64,000 nucleotides of DNA from Alphaproteobacteria bacterium (lineage in GTDB: Bacteria > Pseudomonadota > Alphaproteobacteria > MPNO01). The stretch lies in NCBI GenBank assembly GCA_964291675.2, contig OZ219866.1:32001-96000 (forward strand), written 5' to 3'. This document shows positions 38,718 to 48,184 of the stretch, one piece after another. The notes below the pieces were generated by a model. The model was not told the DNA's origin. It did not search any database and was given only the letters and a program-made list of their open reading frames with translations. How positions within the stretch are numbered: the stretch's first letter is position 1; every line of letters starts with the position of its first letter. The translations under genes and the position numbers were made by a program.

Positions 38718-39113
38718 TCAGTCCTCTTTCTCCAGCTCCCGCTTCCGTCTCCGTTCGAGGCTCTTCAGCATTTCCTCGTCGTGTTGCGGCTCGTCCCACG
38801 GCCCCGCCTCCGCGGCCGCCCAGGTCAGCATCCCGAAGAAGTCCGGATCGCCCGCATGCAGCTGGCAGGTGTACATCATGTTGACCACCTTGCGCATCAG
38901 GTCGCGCATCTCGTCCTGCCCGATACGCGCCACCTCCCGCCAGGGAATCCGCTCCCCGTTCGCGTCGACCACCACCACGTCCGAGAAATCCCCGGTATGG
39001 CTGACCGGCGCCGGCCCGCCGTGGATGTCCTCCATCACCGTGTTGCGGAAGCACATCACCGCCATGCCCTTCGCCACGACCGCCGCCATGTGCTCTTCCA
39101 ATTCGTTCGCCAT
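38718..39113 (-). CDS. Conserved hypothetical protein (paralog of 17982-18371)
   Basis: Shared SDVVVVDA.G.RIPW.EV and EMRDLMR motifs. Confidence 0.75.
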   Translation of the reverse strand: MANELEEHMAAVVAKGMAVMCFRNTVMEDIHGGPAPVSHTGDFSDVVVVDANGERIPWREVARIGQDEMRDLMRKVVNMMYTCQLHAGDPDFFGMLTWAAAEAGPWDEPQHDEEMLKSLERRRKRELEKED

Positions 39114-39664
39114 ACGGACCCCTCTCTCTCGTTCGCAATTCCGGCCCGCGTCGCCGGACCGCCGACCCGCCCATGCCTCGACACGTCTCCCCGATCGCGG
39201 CCTGCCCGGCTGCGCAGCCGGCCCGCCGTCCGCCGCCATTCGCGCCGCCGGCCGGCCATCGGCCCCCCGCGCGGAGGCGAATGCGCGCCGATGCCGCCTC
39301 GACGCAGACTGCCACGGCCCCGCGCGGCACGCCAACCGCCCGGACGGTCGCCCCCGGCGCAATCCGGTCTCTTGCCCATCGTCGCGCCAGCCCGGAAACC
39401 GGACCGCCGGACACCTGCTGCACGCGAGGGGGCCGCTCCTCCCCCGCCCCATGCGGCAGGGGTCGGATCCAATCGTCAGACCCGGCTTCCCTCGCCGACG
39501 CCGGTGGCGCCACCGGACCGCGATCGCCTGGTGCCGGGCCGGTCAGGACGGTCATGCGTGCAGCATCCGAAGCGCCGGCCGAAGGGGAGTTGGAGAAGAG
39601 CAATCCGGGAGTAAGTCCGCTGCGGGAGAGTGAGCGGCGGAATCGCAACCGGGGAGATCGGGAC

Positions 39665-40198
39665 ATGGCGACATTGCGATATGCGGGGATCGGGGCGCGG
39701 GCGACTCCGGCGGCCGTGCTGGCGGACATGACCGTGATGGCGGGGTGGCTGGCGCGGACCGGCTGGCATCTGTCGTCGGGCGGCGCGGACGGGGCCGATA
39801 CTGCGTTCGCGGCGGGAGCGCCGGCCGGGCAGCGGACGATCTGGCTGCCGTGGCGGGGCTACAACGGGCATCGCGGGCCGGACTGCCGGGTGCTGTCGGC
39901 GGCTGAGCTGTCGGCCTGCATCGAGATCGCGCCGCCCCTGCATCCGGCGTGGGAGCGGTGTTCGCCGGCCGTCCGCAAGCTGCATGCCCGGAACGCGGCG
40001 GTGCTCGGGTTGACGCTGGATCGGCCGGTCGATGCGTGCGTGTGCTGGTCGGCCGGAGGACGGGATGAGGGTGGCACGGGCATGGCCATCCGCATCGCCG
40101 AGGACCGCGGCATCCCGGTGCTGAACCTGGGGTCCATGTCGCCGCGGGCGGTGTGCGAGCGCCTGGCCGCGATCCGCCGCGCCGATCCGGGGTCGTAG
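39665..40198 (+). CDS. SLOG-superfamily (DprA/Smf-like) protein
   Basis: YAGIGAR.TP, SGGADGAD.AF, LHARN and GGTG.AIRIA....IPV.NL motifs. Confidence 0.8.
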   Translation: MATLRYAGIGARATPAAVLADMTVMAGWLARTGWHLSSGGADGADTAFAAGAPAGQRTIWLPWRGYNGHRGPDCRVLSAAELSACIEIAPPLHPAWERCSPAVRKLHARNAAVLGLTLDRPVDACVCWSAGGRDEGGTGMAIRIAEDRGIPVLNLGSMSPRAVCERLAAIRRADPGS

Positions 40199-40299
40199 AG
40201 CAGGAGGAGAGCGCCTGTCGGGCGAGTGTCCGGCAGGCCGGAGGGAGTGGTTTCCCCGCGCCGATGCCGGGCATGGCAACGGCACGAGGAGACCCGCCC

Positions 40300-40551
40300 A
40301 TGTTCAATCCCCACTTCCGCCTCGGCGCCCCGACCGGCGGCGACCTTCTGACCGAGCTGGGCGTCCCTCCCGAGCTCGTCAGCGAGATCGCCGAGGACGA
40401 GCGCGCGATCCGCTGTCCCGACCGCGGCGCCGACTATCCCGAACAGGGCTTCGCGAGCCTCGCCCCGGAATCGTCGCTCGACCACGGCCTGCACGAGGCC
40501 GGACCCAACGAGCCCTGGGACCCGGCGTCGATGCTCTCCCCGGCCGGTTAG
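40300..40551 (+). CDS. Small acidic hypothetical protein
   Basis: GAGGAG RBS, 83 aa. Confidence 0.5.
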   Translation: MFNPHFRLGAPTGGDLLTELGVPPELVSEIAEDERAIRCPDRGADYPEQGFASLAPESSLDHGLHEAGPNEPWDPASMLSPAG

Positions 40552-40659
40552 AGGTGGAGGGGGGCTTGGAGAGATTGAACGGTCGGGGGTTCGGGGGAGT
40601 TACCCGGCCTCCGGCCGTTCGGAACCCATCGTCATCAACATGAACCGCAGGAGACCGTC

Positions 40660-41121
40660 ATGGCCTTCGGAAAGAACCACGCGGAACTCGTCGGCCGCCT
40701 CGGCGACGACGTCACCGTCAACCACCTCGCCTCGGGCGGCCGCGTCGCCAATCTGTCGATCGCGACCGACGAGTCGTACATCGACCGCAACTCCGGCACC
40801 AAGGTCGACAAGACCGAGTGGCACCGGGTCGTCACCTTCCAGGACGGGCTGATTGACATGCTCCAGAAGCACGCGACCAAGGGCCGCCTGATCCACGTCG
40901 AGGGCAAGATGCAGACCCGGCGCTGGCGCAAGGAAGGCGAGGACTCGGACCGCTTCTCCACCGAGATTCTCGTCGTGCCGGGCCACCGGGTACAGTTCTA
41001 CGACAAGCCCAACGGCAACGGCGCCCCGCCCGCGGACGCCCAGGCGCCGATGGACGACACCGCCGCGCAGGCCGCGGCGCCCGCGACCAGCACCGGGGAC
41101 ATCGAGGACCCGCCGTTCTAG
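40660..41121 (+). CDS. ssb: Single-stranded DNA-binding protein
   Basis: LVGRLG.D, SIAT.E, TEWHRVV, VEGK.QTR.W and acidic tail DIEDPPF. Confidence 0.95.
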   Translation: MAFGKNHAELVGRLGDDVTVNHLASGGRVANLSIATDESYIDRNSGTKVDKTEWHRVVTFQDGLIDMLQKHATKGRLIHVEGKMQTRRWRKEGEDSDRFSTEILVVPGHRVQFYDKPNGNGAPPADAQAPMDDTAAQAAAPATSTGDIEDPPF

Positions 41122-41149
41122 GCCGCCTCTCATCGTTCCTCCCTCCCTC

Positions 41150-41185
41150 GGGAGCCGGCACTTCGTGCCGGCTCCCTTTCTTTTT
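41150..41185 (+). terminator. Rho-independent terminator after ssb
   Basis: GGGAGCCGGCAC-TTC-GTGCCGGCTCCC followed by TTTCTTTTT. Confidence 0.85.
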
Positions 41186-41294
41186 GCAGCGGGCCCGGAG
41201 TCTCTGTCTCCTTCATCCCGGCGCCGTGCCGCTCCGGCGCCGGAGTCCGGGAGAAGCGCGGGAAGGGGCGTTCGCCTTTGCGAGGAGAGAGAGC

Positions 41295-41879
41295 ATGACC
41301 CGCGACACCGAGAGCGTCTTCGCCCAGGGGGCGGTCATCGTCCCCGATTTCGTCACCCCGGCCGAGGAGGAGCGCATCCTGCTCCGCATCGCCCAGGCGC
41401 CCTGGATGACCGAGCTGCGCCGGCGCGTGCAGCACTACGGCTACCGCTACGACTACCGGGGTGCCAGCCGCCCGGAGCCCGCCGCGCCCTTCCCGCGCTG
41501 GGTCGAGGTCATGGCGGATCGACTGCGGGAGCACTTCGGCGGGACGCTGCCGGTGCAGTGCATCGTCAACGAGTACCGCCCGGGCCAGGGGATCGGCATG
41601 CACGCCGACCATGCGGATTTCGGGCCTGTCGTGGCGTCCCTGTCCCTCGCCGCCGACTGGCCGATGCGCTTCCGCCCGCGCTCCGTCCGCCCCTACGCCC
41701 GCGACGGGCTGCCGGGCGACGAGGTCGCGGTGCTGCCCCGCCGCTCGGTGCTGGTCCTCGCGGGCCGCGCGCGCCGGGACTGGATGCACGGCATCGACCG
41801 GACCGACACCGCCGGCCAGGCCGCGACGCGCCTCTCGGCCACCTTCCGCACGATCGCACCCGCCGGCGCGCGTCCGTGA
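41295..41879 (+). CDS. AlkB-family 2OG-Fe(II) dioxygenase
   Basis: RRVQHYGY.YDY, NEY.PGQGI..HAD (HxD), W.HGI and R.S.TFR motifs. Confidence 0.9.
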   Translation: MTRDTESVFAQGAVIVPDFVTPAEEERILLRIAQAPWMTELRRRVQHYGYRYDYRGASRPEPAAPFPRWVEVMADRLREHFGGTLPVQCIVNEYRPGQGIGMHADHADFGPVVASLSLAADWPMRFRPRSVRPYARDGLPGDEVAVLPRRSVLVLAGRARRDWMHGIDRTDTAGQAATRLSATFRTIAPAGARP

Positions 41880-41929
41880 GCCGCGCGGAGCCGGTCCTTC
41901 TTCGATCTTCCCGCTACAGGAGCTGCGTT

Positions 41930-42385
41930 ATGATCCGTTTCGTCCAGGGCGACCTCTTCGCCTCCGGCTGCGAGGCCCTCGTCAATCCCGTCAACTGCGT
42001 CGGCGTGATGGGCAGGGGTCTCGCCCTCCAATTCAAGCGCCGCTTCCCGGCCAACTTCGAGGCCTACCGCGACGCCTGCGCGCGCCGCGAGGTCCGGCCC
42101 GGGCGCTGCTTCGTCTTCGACGCCGGCGCCGGGCGCCCGCACTTCGTCGTCAACTTCCCGACCAAGCGGCACTGGCGCGACCGCAGCCGCATCGAGGACA
42201 TCGCCGCCGGTCTCGACGACCTGGCCGGCATCCTCGATCGCCGCGCCATCCGCTCCGTCGCGGTCCCGCCGCTCGGATGCGGCCTGGGCGGCCTGCCCTG
42301 GCCCGAGGTCCGCTCCCTGCTGCTCGACCGCCTCGCGCCCTCCGAAGGCGTCTCCATCGTCATCCACGAACCCGTCCGCCGGTAG
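41930..42385 (+). CDS. Stand-alone DarG/TARG1-type macrodomain (ADP-ribosylglycohydrolase)
   Basis: GDLF, VNPVNCVGVMG.GLA.QFK..FP, NFPTK.HW (catalytic Lys) and P.LGCGLGGL.W. No DarG C-terminal domain. Confidence 0.88.
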   Translation: MIRFVQGDLFASGCEALVNPVNCVGVMGRGLALQFKRRFPANFEAYRDACARREVRPGRCFVFDAGAGRPHFVVNFPTKRHWRDRSRIEDIAAGLDDLAGILDRRAIRSVAVPPLGCGLGGLPWPEVRSLLLDRLAPSEGVSIVIHEPVRR

Positions 42386-42514
42386 CCGGTCCCGGCCGCG
42401 CCCGCGCTTCGCGCGAGCCGCTCGCCGGCCCCGCTGGAGTGGAGGTGCGCTTTCGCGCGGGCGTCGCGCGGCAGGCCCGAGGGAGGCCGCCGCCCATGGA
42501 CGGAGGATGACGGC

Positions 42515-43066
42515 ATGCGTATCTACAACCGCGACGAGGTCTGCCCGTTTCGCTTCACCCGCGAGGCCTGGGGCGAGTTCAGCAACTTCGCGCCGCTGGC
42601 GGCGCCGATCGCCGCCGGCCCGTGGACGTTCACCACGTCCGAGGCCCTGTACCAGGCGGCGAAATTCGGCGCCGCGCCGGACGTGCAGCGGCGCATCGCC
42701 TGCGCGCCTACTGCGCGCGAGGCGGCCGCCATCGGGCGCGGCACGGCGGCGGGCATGAACCCAGACTGGAACGCGCAGCGCGTGAACGCGATGCGCTGGG
42801 TGCTGCGCATGAAGCGCGAGGCCAATGCCGCCGCGATCGACGCCGCGCTGGCGCGCAGCGGCGATTGCGCGATCGTCGAGGTCTCGACCCGCGACGCCTG
42901 GTGGGGCGCGAAGCCCGCGGGCGACAGCTACCGCGGCGAGAACGTGCTGGGCCGGCTCTGGATGGAGCTGCGCCAGCAGCTCCGCGACGGCGATCCCGCT
43001 TCGCGGGCAGCCGCCTGGGTCGGCCGGATCGAGGTCGGGCGGCTTGCCGATCCGCCCTGCGCCTGA
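42515..43066 (+). CDS. NADAR-family ADP-ribosylhydrolase
   Basis: FSNF, SEALYQA.KF, MRW.LR.K, IVE.S.RD.WWG and G.N.LG.L.MELR motifs. Confidence 0.88.
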   Translation: MRIYNRDEVCPFRFTREAWGEFSNFAPLAAPIAAGPWTFTTSEALYQAAKFGAAPDVQRRIACAPTAREAAAIGRGTAAGMNPDWNAQRVNAMRWVLRMKREANAAAIDAALARSGDCAIVEVSTRDAWWGAKPAGDSYRGENVLGRLWMELRQQLRDGDPASRAAAWVGRIEVGRLADPPCA

Positions 43067-43192
43067 CCGGCGCACGGCTGCCGGCCCGGCCCCGCACCCG
43101 CGGTTCGCTCGGGGCGCTCGCGCCACCGCTCCGCCAGGAGGCGGAGCCTGCCCGGTATCGGGCGTCCCGCATGTCCCGGAGGGAAGTCTCGC

Positions 43193-44230
43193 ATGCAGCA
43201 CCAACCGTCTCCCGCCGCCGCTATCGCAGCGGCGCTCGCCGCGCGCGCCGAGGAGGTCTGCCGGCACTATCTGCCCAACGGCCGCAGGCTCGGCCGCTAC
43301 TGGATCTGCGGCGACCTGGATGGCGCTCGCGGCCGCTCGCTCTTCGTTCGCCTCTCCGGCTCCGGCAAGCCGGGGAAGTGGACCGATGCAGCCGATGGAT
43401 CGCATGGCGACCTGCTCGACCTGATCCGCCACCGCATCAACGCGCCCACGCTGCGCGCGGCGCTCGACGAGGCGCGGCGCTTCCTCGCCTTGCCGGTTTC
43501 ACCGGCGTCGGCGCCGGACGTGCCTTACGACGCCACCGAGGCGGCACGCCGCCTGTGGCGGCGCTGCCGCGCGGTCGACGGCAGCCATGCCGAGCGCTAT
43601 TTGCACGCGCGCGGTTTGTCGCGCTGCCGCTTCGCGGCCCTGCGCTTCCATCCCGAGCTTCGCTACCGCGAAGGCGCGACGGTGCGCCGCTTCCCGGCGC
43701 TGGTCGCCGCCGTCACCGGCGACGACGGCCGGATTTTCGGCGTGCAACGCACCTGGCTCGATCCCCGCTCGCCCGCCAAGGCAGGCGTCGCGGCGCCTCG
43801 CAAGGCGCTTGGCCGCATCTACGGCCTCGCGGTGCGCTTCGGCGTGCCCTCCGACGATGCTGCGCTCGTCGTCGGGGAGGGCATCGAGACGGTGCTGTCG
43901 CTGGTCACCGCCGTACCGGAGATCACCGCTGCTGCCGCGCTCTCCGCCGGGAGCCTCGGCGCGTTCGCGCCTCCCCCCGGCACAGCCCGGCTGGTGATCG
44001 CAAGGGACAACGACGAGGACGGCGCGCTCGCGGCCGAGCGCCTCACCCGGCGCTGCGCGCGGGCGGGCGTCGCCTCCACGGTGATCGTGCCTGCCGGCAA
44101 CGACTTCAACGACGACCTGATCGAGTTCGGCGCGGCGGCGCTACGCGCCCGCTTCGCGCCGCTGTTCCGCCCGGCGGCCTGCGCCCTGGCAGAGCGCGAC
44201 GCACGGCAGGCCGAGGGGAGCGCGTCATGA
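43193..44230 (+). CDS. Toprim-domain primase-like protein
   Basis: YLP.GR..G.YW..GD, GDLLDLI, RTWL, GEGIET.LS, ARDND and DFNDDL motifs. Confidence 0.85.
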   Translation: MQHQPSPAAAIAAALAARAEEVCRHYLPNGRRLGRYWICGDLDGARGRSLFVRLSGSGKPGKWTDAADGSHGDLLDLIRHRINAPTLRAALDEARRFLALPVSPASAPDVPYDATEAARRLWRRCRAVDGSHAERYLHARGLSRCRFAALRFHPELRYREGATVRRFPALVAAVTGDDGRIFGVQRTWLDPRSPAKAGVAAPRKALGRIYGLAVRFGVPSDDAALVVGEGIETVLSLVTAVPEITAAAALSAGSLGAFAPPPGTARLVIARDNDEDGALAAERLTRRCARAGVASTVIVPAGNDFNDDLIEFGAAALRARFAPLFRPAACALAERDARQAEGSAS

Positions 44231-44454
44231 GCGGCGTCGCCTTCCGCCGCATCGCTCCGGACGAGTCTCGCATCGTCCTCGACGGCGACCATGTCGGCGA
44301 CGTCTATGCGCTCGACGATCCGCTCCGGGAGGGCGCACGGTATTTCGTGGTGCATCTCGACGAAGACCCGCGCGGTCCGTGCCGCGTGCATGACCGCAGC
44401 CGCATCCGCGAGGTAACCGAGCGACGGATCCTCTCGCATCCGCTCTGGGGTTGA
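44227..44454 (+). CDS. Small hypothetical protein
   Basis: ATGA overlap with the toprim stop, 75 aa. Confidence 0.65.
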   Translation: MSGVAFRRIAPDESRIVLDGDHVGDVYALDDPLREGARYFVVHLDEDPRGPCRVHDRSRIREVTERRILSHPLWG

Positions 44455-44546
44455 CCGGTCATGCCCGCCGGTCCGGAGACTCGTTCCGGAGGCCGTGCCA
44501 GGCCGAACCGCCGATGGGGTCGGTGCGGGTGGAGAGGAATTGGCCT

Positions 44547-44790
44547 CCGACGTGCTGTCCCATTGTGTCACGCGTGCTCGGGCCAGCAACCCTCCGGGTC
44601 CTCCGGTCGCAAGCTCCCTGCGGCCTGGCCCAAGAAGCTCTAGGGCGGGCCGTGAAAGTCGCCGACCGTGAAGATCGCGGAGCGATCTTCCGCACCAAGA
44701 TCGGCGACTTTCCGCACCAACCCCGCCCAAGAGCTTCTAAGGCCAGGTGCTTGCCCTGTGCGCGCGTGCCCCAACAGGACATCACATCGG
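44547..44790. promoter_or_regulatory. Long imperfect stem-loop, Frpo/ssi-like ssDNA promoter candidate
   Basis: Nested complementary arms include GAAGATCGC/GCGATCTTC, GAAAGTCGCCGA/TCGGCGACTTTC, GGGCGGG/CCCGCCC, AGAAGCTC/GAGCTTCT, CCTGGCC/GGCCAGG, GCAAGC/GCTTGC and TGTCC/GGACA. Confidence 0.65.
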
Positions 44791-44830
44791 GGATCGGCCC
44801 CGGTCGTGAAACCGATCAAGGGAGATCGAC

Positions 44831-45757
44831 ATGACCTTCGATATCGACACCATCGAGACTGGCGGGCAGTCCGCCACCGCAACCGTCTGCGAACAGGCCG
44901 AGCTTTTCGGCGCCACCCCCGAGCGCGACGAGTTCGACAGCCGCGACGTCTGGGACCGCGACGACGCCACCGACGCGGTGAGCGAGGCGTTCCGCATCCT
45001 GGCCCAGGGCGTCGCGCCGGACGGGTTCCAGCTCGCCGACGAGCGCGAGAGCCTGCTGTGGGGCTTCGTCAACATGCTCGACGCACAGACCCAGCGCCTC
45101 GACCGCGCCGCCGACAGGCTGCTGCCCGAGATCCGCGACCTCCAGCGCGCCCAGGACGGCACCGAGATCAAGTCGCGCGAGCTGGAACTGACCACCGCGC
45201 GGGCGCAGAACCTCGGTGACCGCCGCGACGCTTTCGAGATCATGCGCGACGAGGCCGCCGATGCCTACCGCGTCGAGACCGGCAGCGTCTGGCGACCCCG
45301 GCGCGGATCGCACACGAGCCAGACCGGCAAGCTGACCTCCGCCGCCATCGACGCCCGCGACTACATGCGCGCGAGGAAGGACCGCGAGACGACGGCCCAC
45401 CTGCCCGAGGGAACCCTGATCGCCATCGCGGGCGGCAAGGACGTGCAGGACCCGGCTGCGGTCATCGCCCGGCTCGACAAGGCTCGCGAGAAGTACGCCG
45501 ACATGGTGCTGGTCCACGGCGGCGGCCCCGGCGTCGAGAAGGTCGCCGCAAGCTGGGCCGAGCGCAACGGCGTCCACCAGGTCGTCTGCAAGCCCGACTG
45601 GGACCGGCACGGCCGCGCTGCCCCGTTCCGCCGCAACGACGAGCTGCTCAACCTCCTGCCGAAGGGCGTCATCGCGTTCCCCGGCAGCGGCATCACCGAG
45701 AACCTCATCGACAAGGCCCGGCATCTCGGCATCCCGGTCCAGCGCATCGCGGCCTGA
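44831..45757 (+). CDS. DUF2493 (YspA/cpYpsA-related SLOG) domain protein, copy 1
   Basis: C-terminal IAGG.D, LVHGG..G.E, WA, AAPFRRN and IAFPG.G.T motifs. Confidence 0.85.
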   Translation: MTFDIDTIETGGQSATATVCEQAELFGATPERDEFDSRDVWDRDDATDAVSEAFRILAQGVAPDGFQLADERESLLWGFVNMLDAQTQRLDRAADRLLPEIRDLQRAQDGTEIKSRELELTTARAQNLGDRRDAFEIMRDEAADAYRVETGSVWRPRRGSHTSQTGKLTSAAIDARDYMRARKDRETTAHLPEGTLIAIAGGKDVQDPAAVIARLDKAREKYADMVLVHGGGPGVEKVAASWAERNGVHQVVCKPDWDRHGRAAPFRRNDELLNLLPKGVIAFPGSGITENLIDKARHLGIPVQRIAA

Positions 45758-46111
45758 CCGCAGCGCCTCGCGGGCCGCGTCGTCATCCCCGGCAGCGGGC
45801 GGTGGCGGCGCGGCCCGTTTCCGCGTGCGCACATCGGTGGCGCCGCACCGCCCTCCTCGCGCGCGCTTCGCGCGGCGCTCGTCGCGATCCTCGCCACGCT
45901 CGCCCTGGCCGGCTGCGCCGGCTGCGGGCATCGCGTCGGCTTCGTCCCGATGCGGCGTCTCACCGCCGCCCCGGCGGTCTCCGCACCATGCTGCGCATGG
46001 ATGCGTCGCCGCCGGCGTCGATACCCGGCGCCTTGGCGCCGGGTCCCGCGCCCGTGGAGGAAGAGCGGAGCGAGGGGTCGGGCAAGCCGACCGGGAGAGA
46101 GGAGGGAGGAG

Positions 46112-46447
46112 ATGCGCGCGATCTTGAACCTGCGGAACGAGCCCAGGCTGCGCGATGAATTCCAGTATGCGCACGTCGTCAACAGCACCGTGCTGATCGA
46201 CCGCCGCACCAGGTGGGCCAATCCGTTCAGGATCGGCGAGGACGGTTCGAGGGATGAAGTGATCGCTCGCTATCGCGCCCATCTGTGGCACCTCATCCAG
46301 GCGGGCGAGGTCTCGCTGGAGGAGCTCGCCGAGCTCGACGGGTGCTGGCTGGCCTGCTGGTGCGAGCCGTTGCCCTGTCATGGGGACGTGCTGGCCAAGG
46401 CGGCGGCATGGGCGGCTGGAGTGCTGGCAGAGCGGAAAGCTGCGTGA
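46112..46447 (+). CDS. DUF4326 domain protein
   Basis: I.R.T.WANPF.IG.DG.R.EVI..Y and L.G..LACWC.P..CHGDVL motifs. Strong RBS. Confidence 0.85.
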   Translation: MRAILNLRNEPRLRDEFQYAHVVNSTVLIDRRTRWANPFRIGEDGSRDEVIARYRAHLWHLIQAGEVSLEELAELDGCWLACWCEPLPCHGDVLAKAAAWAAGVLAERKAA

Positions 46448-46855
46448 TGGGTTCTCTCGACAACATCGGATTGGTTTGGGCGTCCGCCCGGCCAAGAGGC
46501 CGGTCGCCGGGCTCTATTCCGCCGGGCGCGGCAGGCCGCGCCCGGCTCCACGAAGCCCGCTGCGCGGTCTTCGCCCTTCGGGTGACGATCCCTGACGCGG
46601 GGCCGTCGCTTCGCGACGTCCGGCGGTCGCCGCCCTGGTGGGCGGCGGCGTTGTTGCGTTTCCTCCCAGACCGGTCTGGGCGGCGCGCCATTCCAGGTCC
46701 GCAGCGGCGGCCCGCAACCCGCTTCGCGGGTCCTTCACTTCGTTGCGGCCCTTCGGGTGCAGGCCGCCTCGATCTGCGGACCTTCCAGGCTTGACTCGCC
46801 GCCCACCCCGCTCCGGGGGAAACGCGGTGTTTTTTTGGAGAGAGAGGAACTGACA

Positions 46856-47878
46856 ATGACCTACAACAACACCGACACCGCGATGGCCGAAGCCTTCGCA
46901 GCAGCCGGCATCCACAGCGGGTTTGACGCCAGCACCGTCGAGACTGCCACCGACCACGGCGACGACCAGCGCGAGCCCGAGCACGCCGCATCGGCAACCG
47001 CCATGGCCTGCGAAGCCGCCGCCCTCTACGGCGCGACCCCCGGACGCGACGAGTTCGACAGCCGCGACGTATGGGACCGCGACGACGCGCTGGACGCCGT
47101 GTCCGAAGCCTTCCGCATCATGGCGCAGGGCATCGCGCCGGACGGCTTCCAGCTTGCCGACGAGCGGGAGAGCCTGTTGTGGGGATTCGTCAACATGATG
47201 GACGCCCAGACACAGCGCCTCGACCGAGCCGCCGACAAGCTGCTGCCCGACCTTCGCGACCTGCAACGCGCGCAGGACGGAACCGAGATCAAGTCGCGCG
47301 AGCTGGAGCTGACCACCGCCCGCGCGCAGAACCTCACCGACCGGCGCGACGCCTTCGAGATCATGCGCGACACCGCCGCCGACGCCTACCGCGCCGAGAC
47401 CGGCAGCGTCTGGCGGCCCCGGCGCGGCTCGCACACCAGCCAGACCGGCAAGCTCACTTCGGCAGCCATCGACGCCCGCGACTTCATGCGCGCCCGCAAG
47501 GACCGCGAGACCATGGCGCACCTGCCGCAGGGAACGCTTGTCGCCATCGCCGGAGGCAAGGACGTTGCCGACCCCGCCGCCGTCATTGCCCGGCTCGACA
47601 AGACCCGCGAGAAATACGCCGACATGGTGCTCGTGCATGGCGGCGGCCCCGGCGTCGAGAAGATCGCGGCGCGCTGGGCCGAGCGCAACGGCATCCAGCA
47701 AATCGTCTGCAAGCCGGATTGGGACAAGCACGGACGCGCCGCACCCTTCCGCCGCAACGACGACTTGCTCAATCTCCTGCCGAAGGGCGTCATCGCCTTC
47801 CCCGGTTCGGGCATCACCGAGAACCTTGTCGACAAGGCGCGGCAGCTTGGCATCCCGGTTCAGCGCATCGCGGCATAG
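46856..47878 (+). CDS. DUF2493 (SLOG) domain protein, copy 2
   Basis: Nearly identical to 44831-45757 from GATP.RDEFDSRDVW onward, with a different N-terminus. Confidence 0.85.
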   Translation: MTYNNTDTAMAEAFAAAGIHSGFDASTVETATDHGDDQREPEHAASATAMACEAAALYGATPGRDEFDSRDVWDRDDALDAVSEAFRIMAQGIAPDGFQLADERESLLWGFVNMMDAQTQRLDRAADKLLPDLRDLQRAQDGTEIKSRELELTTARAQNLTDRRDAFEIMRDTAADAYRAETGSVWRPRRGSHTSQTGKLTSAAIDARDFMRARKDRETMAHLPQGTLVAIAGGKDVADPAAVIARLDKTREKYADMVLVHGGGPGVEKIAARWAERNGIQQIVCKPDWDKHGRAAPFRRNDDLLNLLPKGVIAFPGSGITENLVDKARQLGIPVQRIAA

Positions 47879-48184
47879 CCCGCAGCGTCCCCGAGCGGGC
47901 CGCGTTGCTCCGGCAGCGCGGCCCGTTTGCATTTGTGCATCGCTCGCCGATCGCCGTTGCGTTCGGCTTCCGCGTCACGCCCCGTTGCACCATGCTCCGC
48001 ATGAGTGCATCGACGGCTGCGCCGCTTCGCGCGCAGACCGCTCCGCAGTGCCTCGCGCACTTCGCGCCGCAGTGCCCGCCGCTCACTCGCCGCTGCGGCT
48101 CCGATCCGCCGGGTTCCCCGGCGTCGATCTCCCGATCTCCCGTTCAGCGCCAATCAGGCTTCCGACCCGCCGGGGCGGGCTTCG

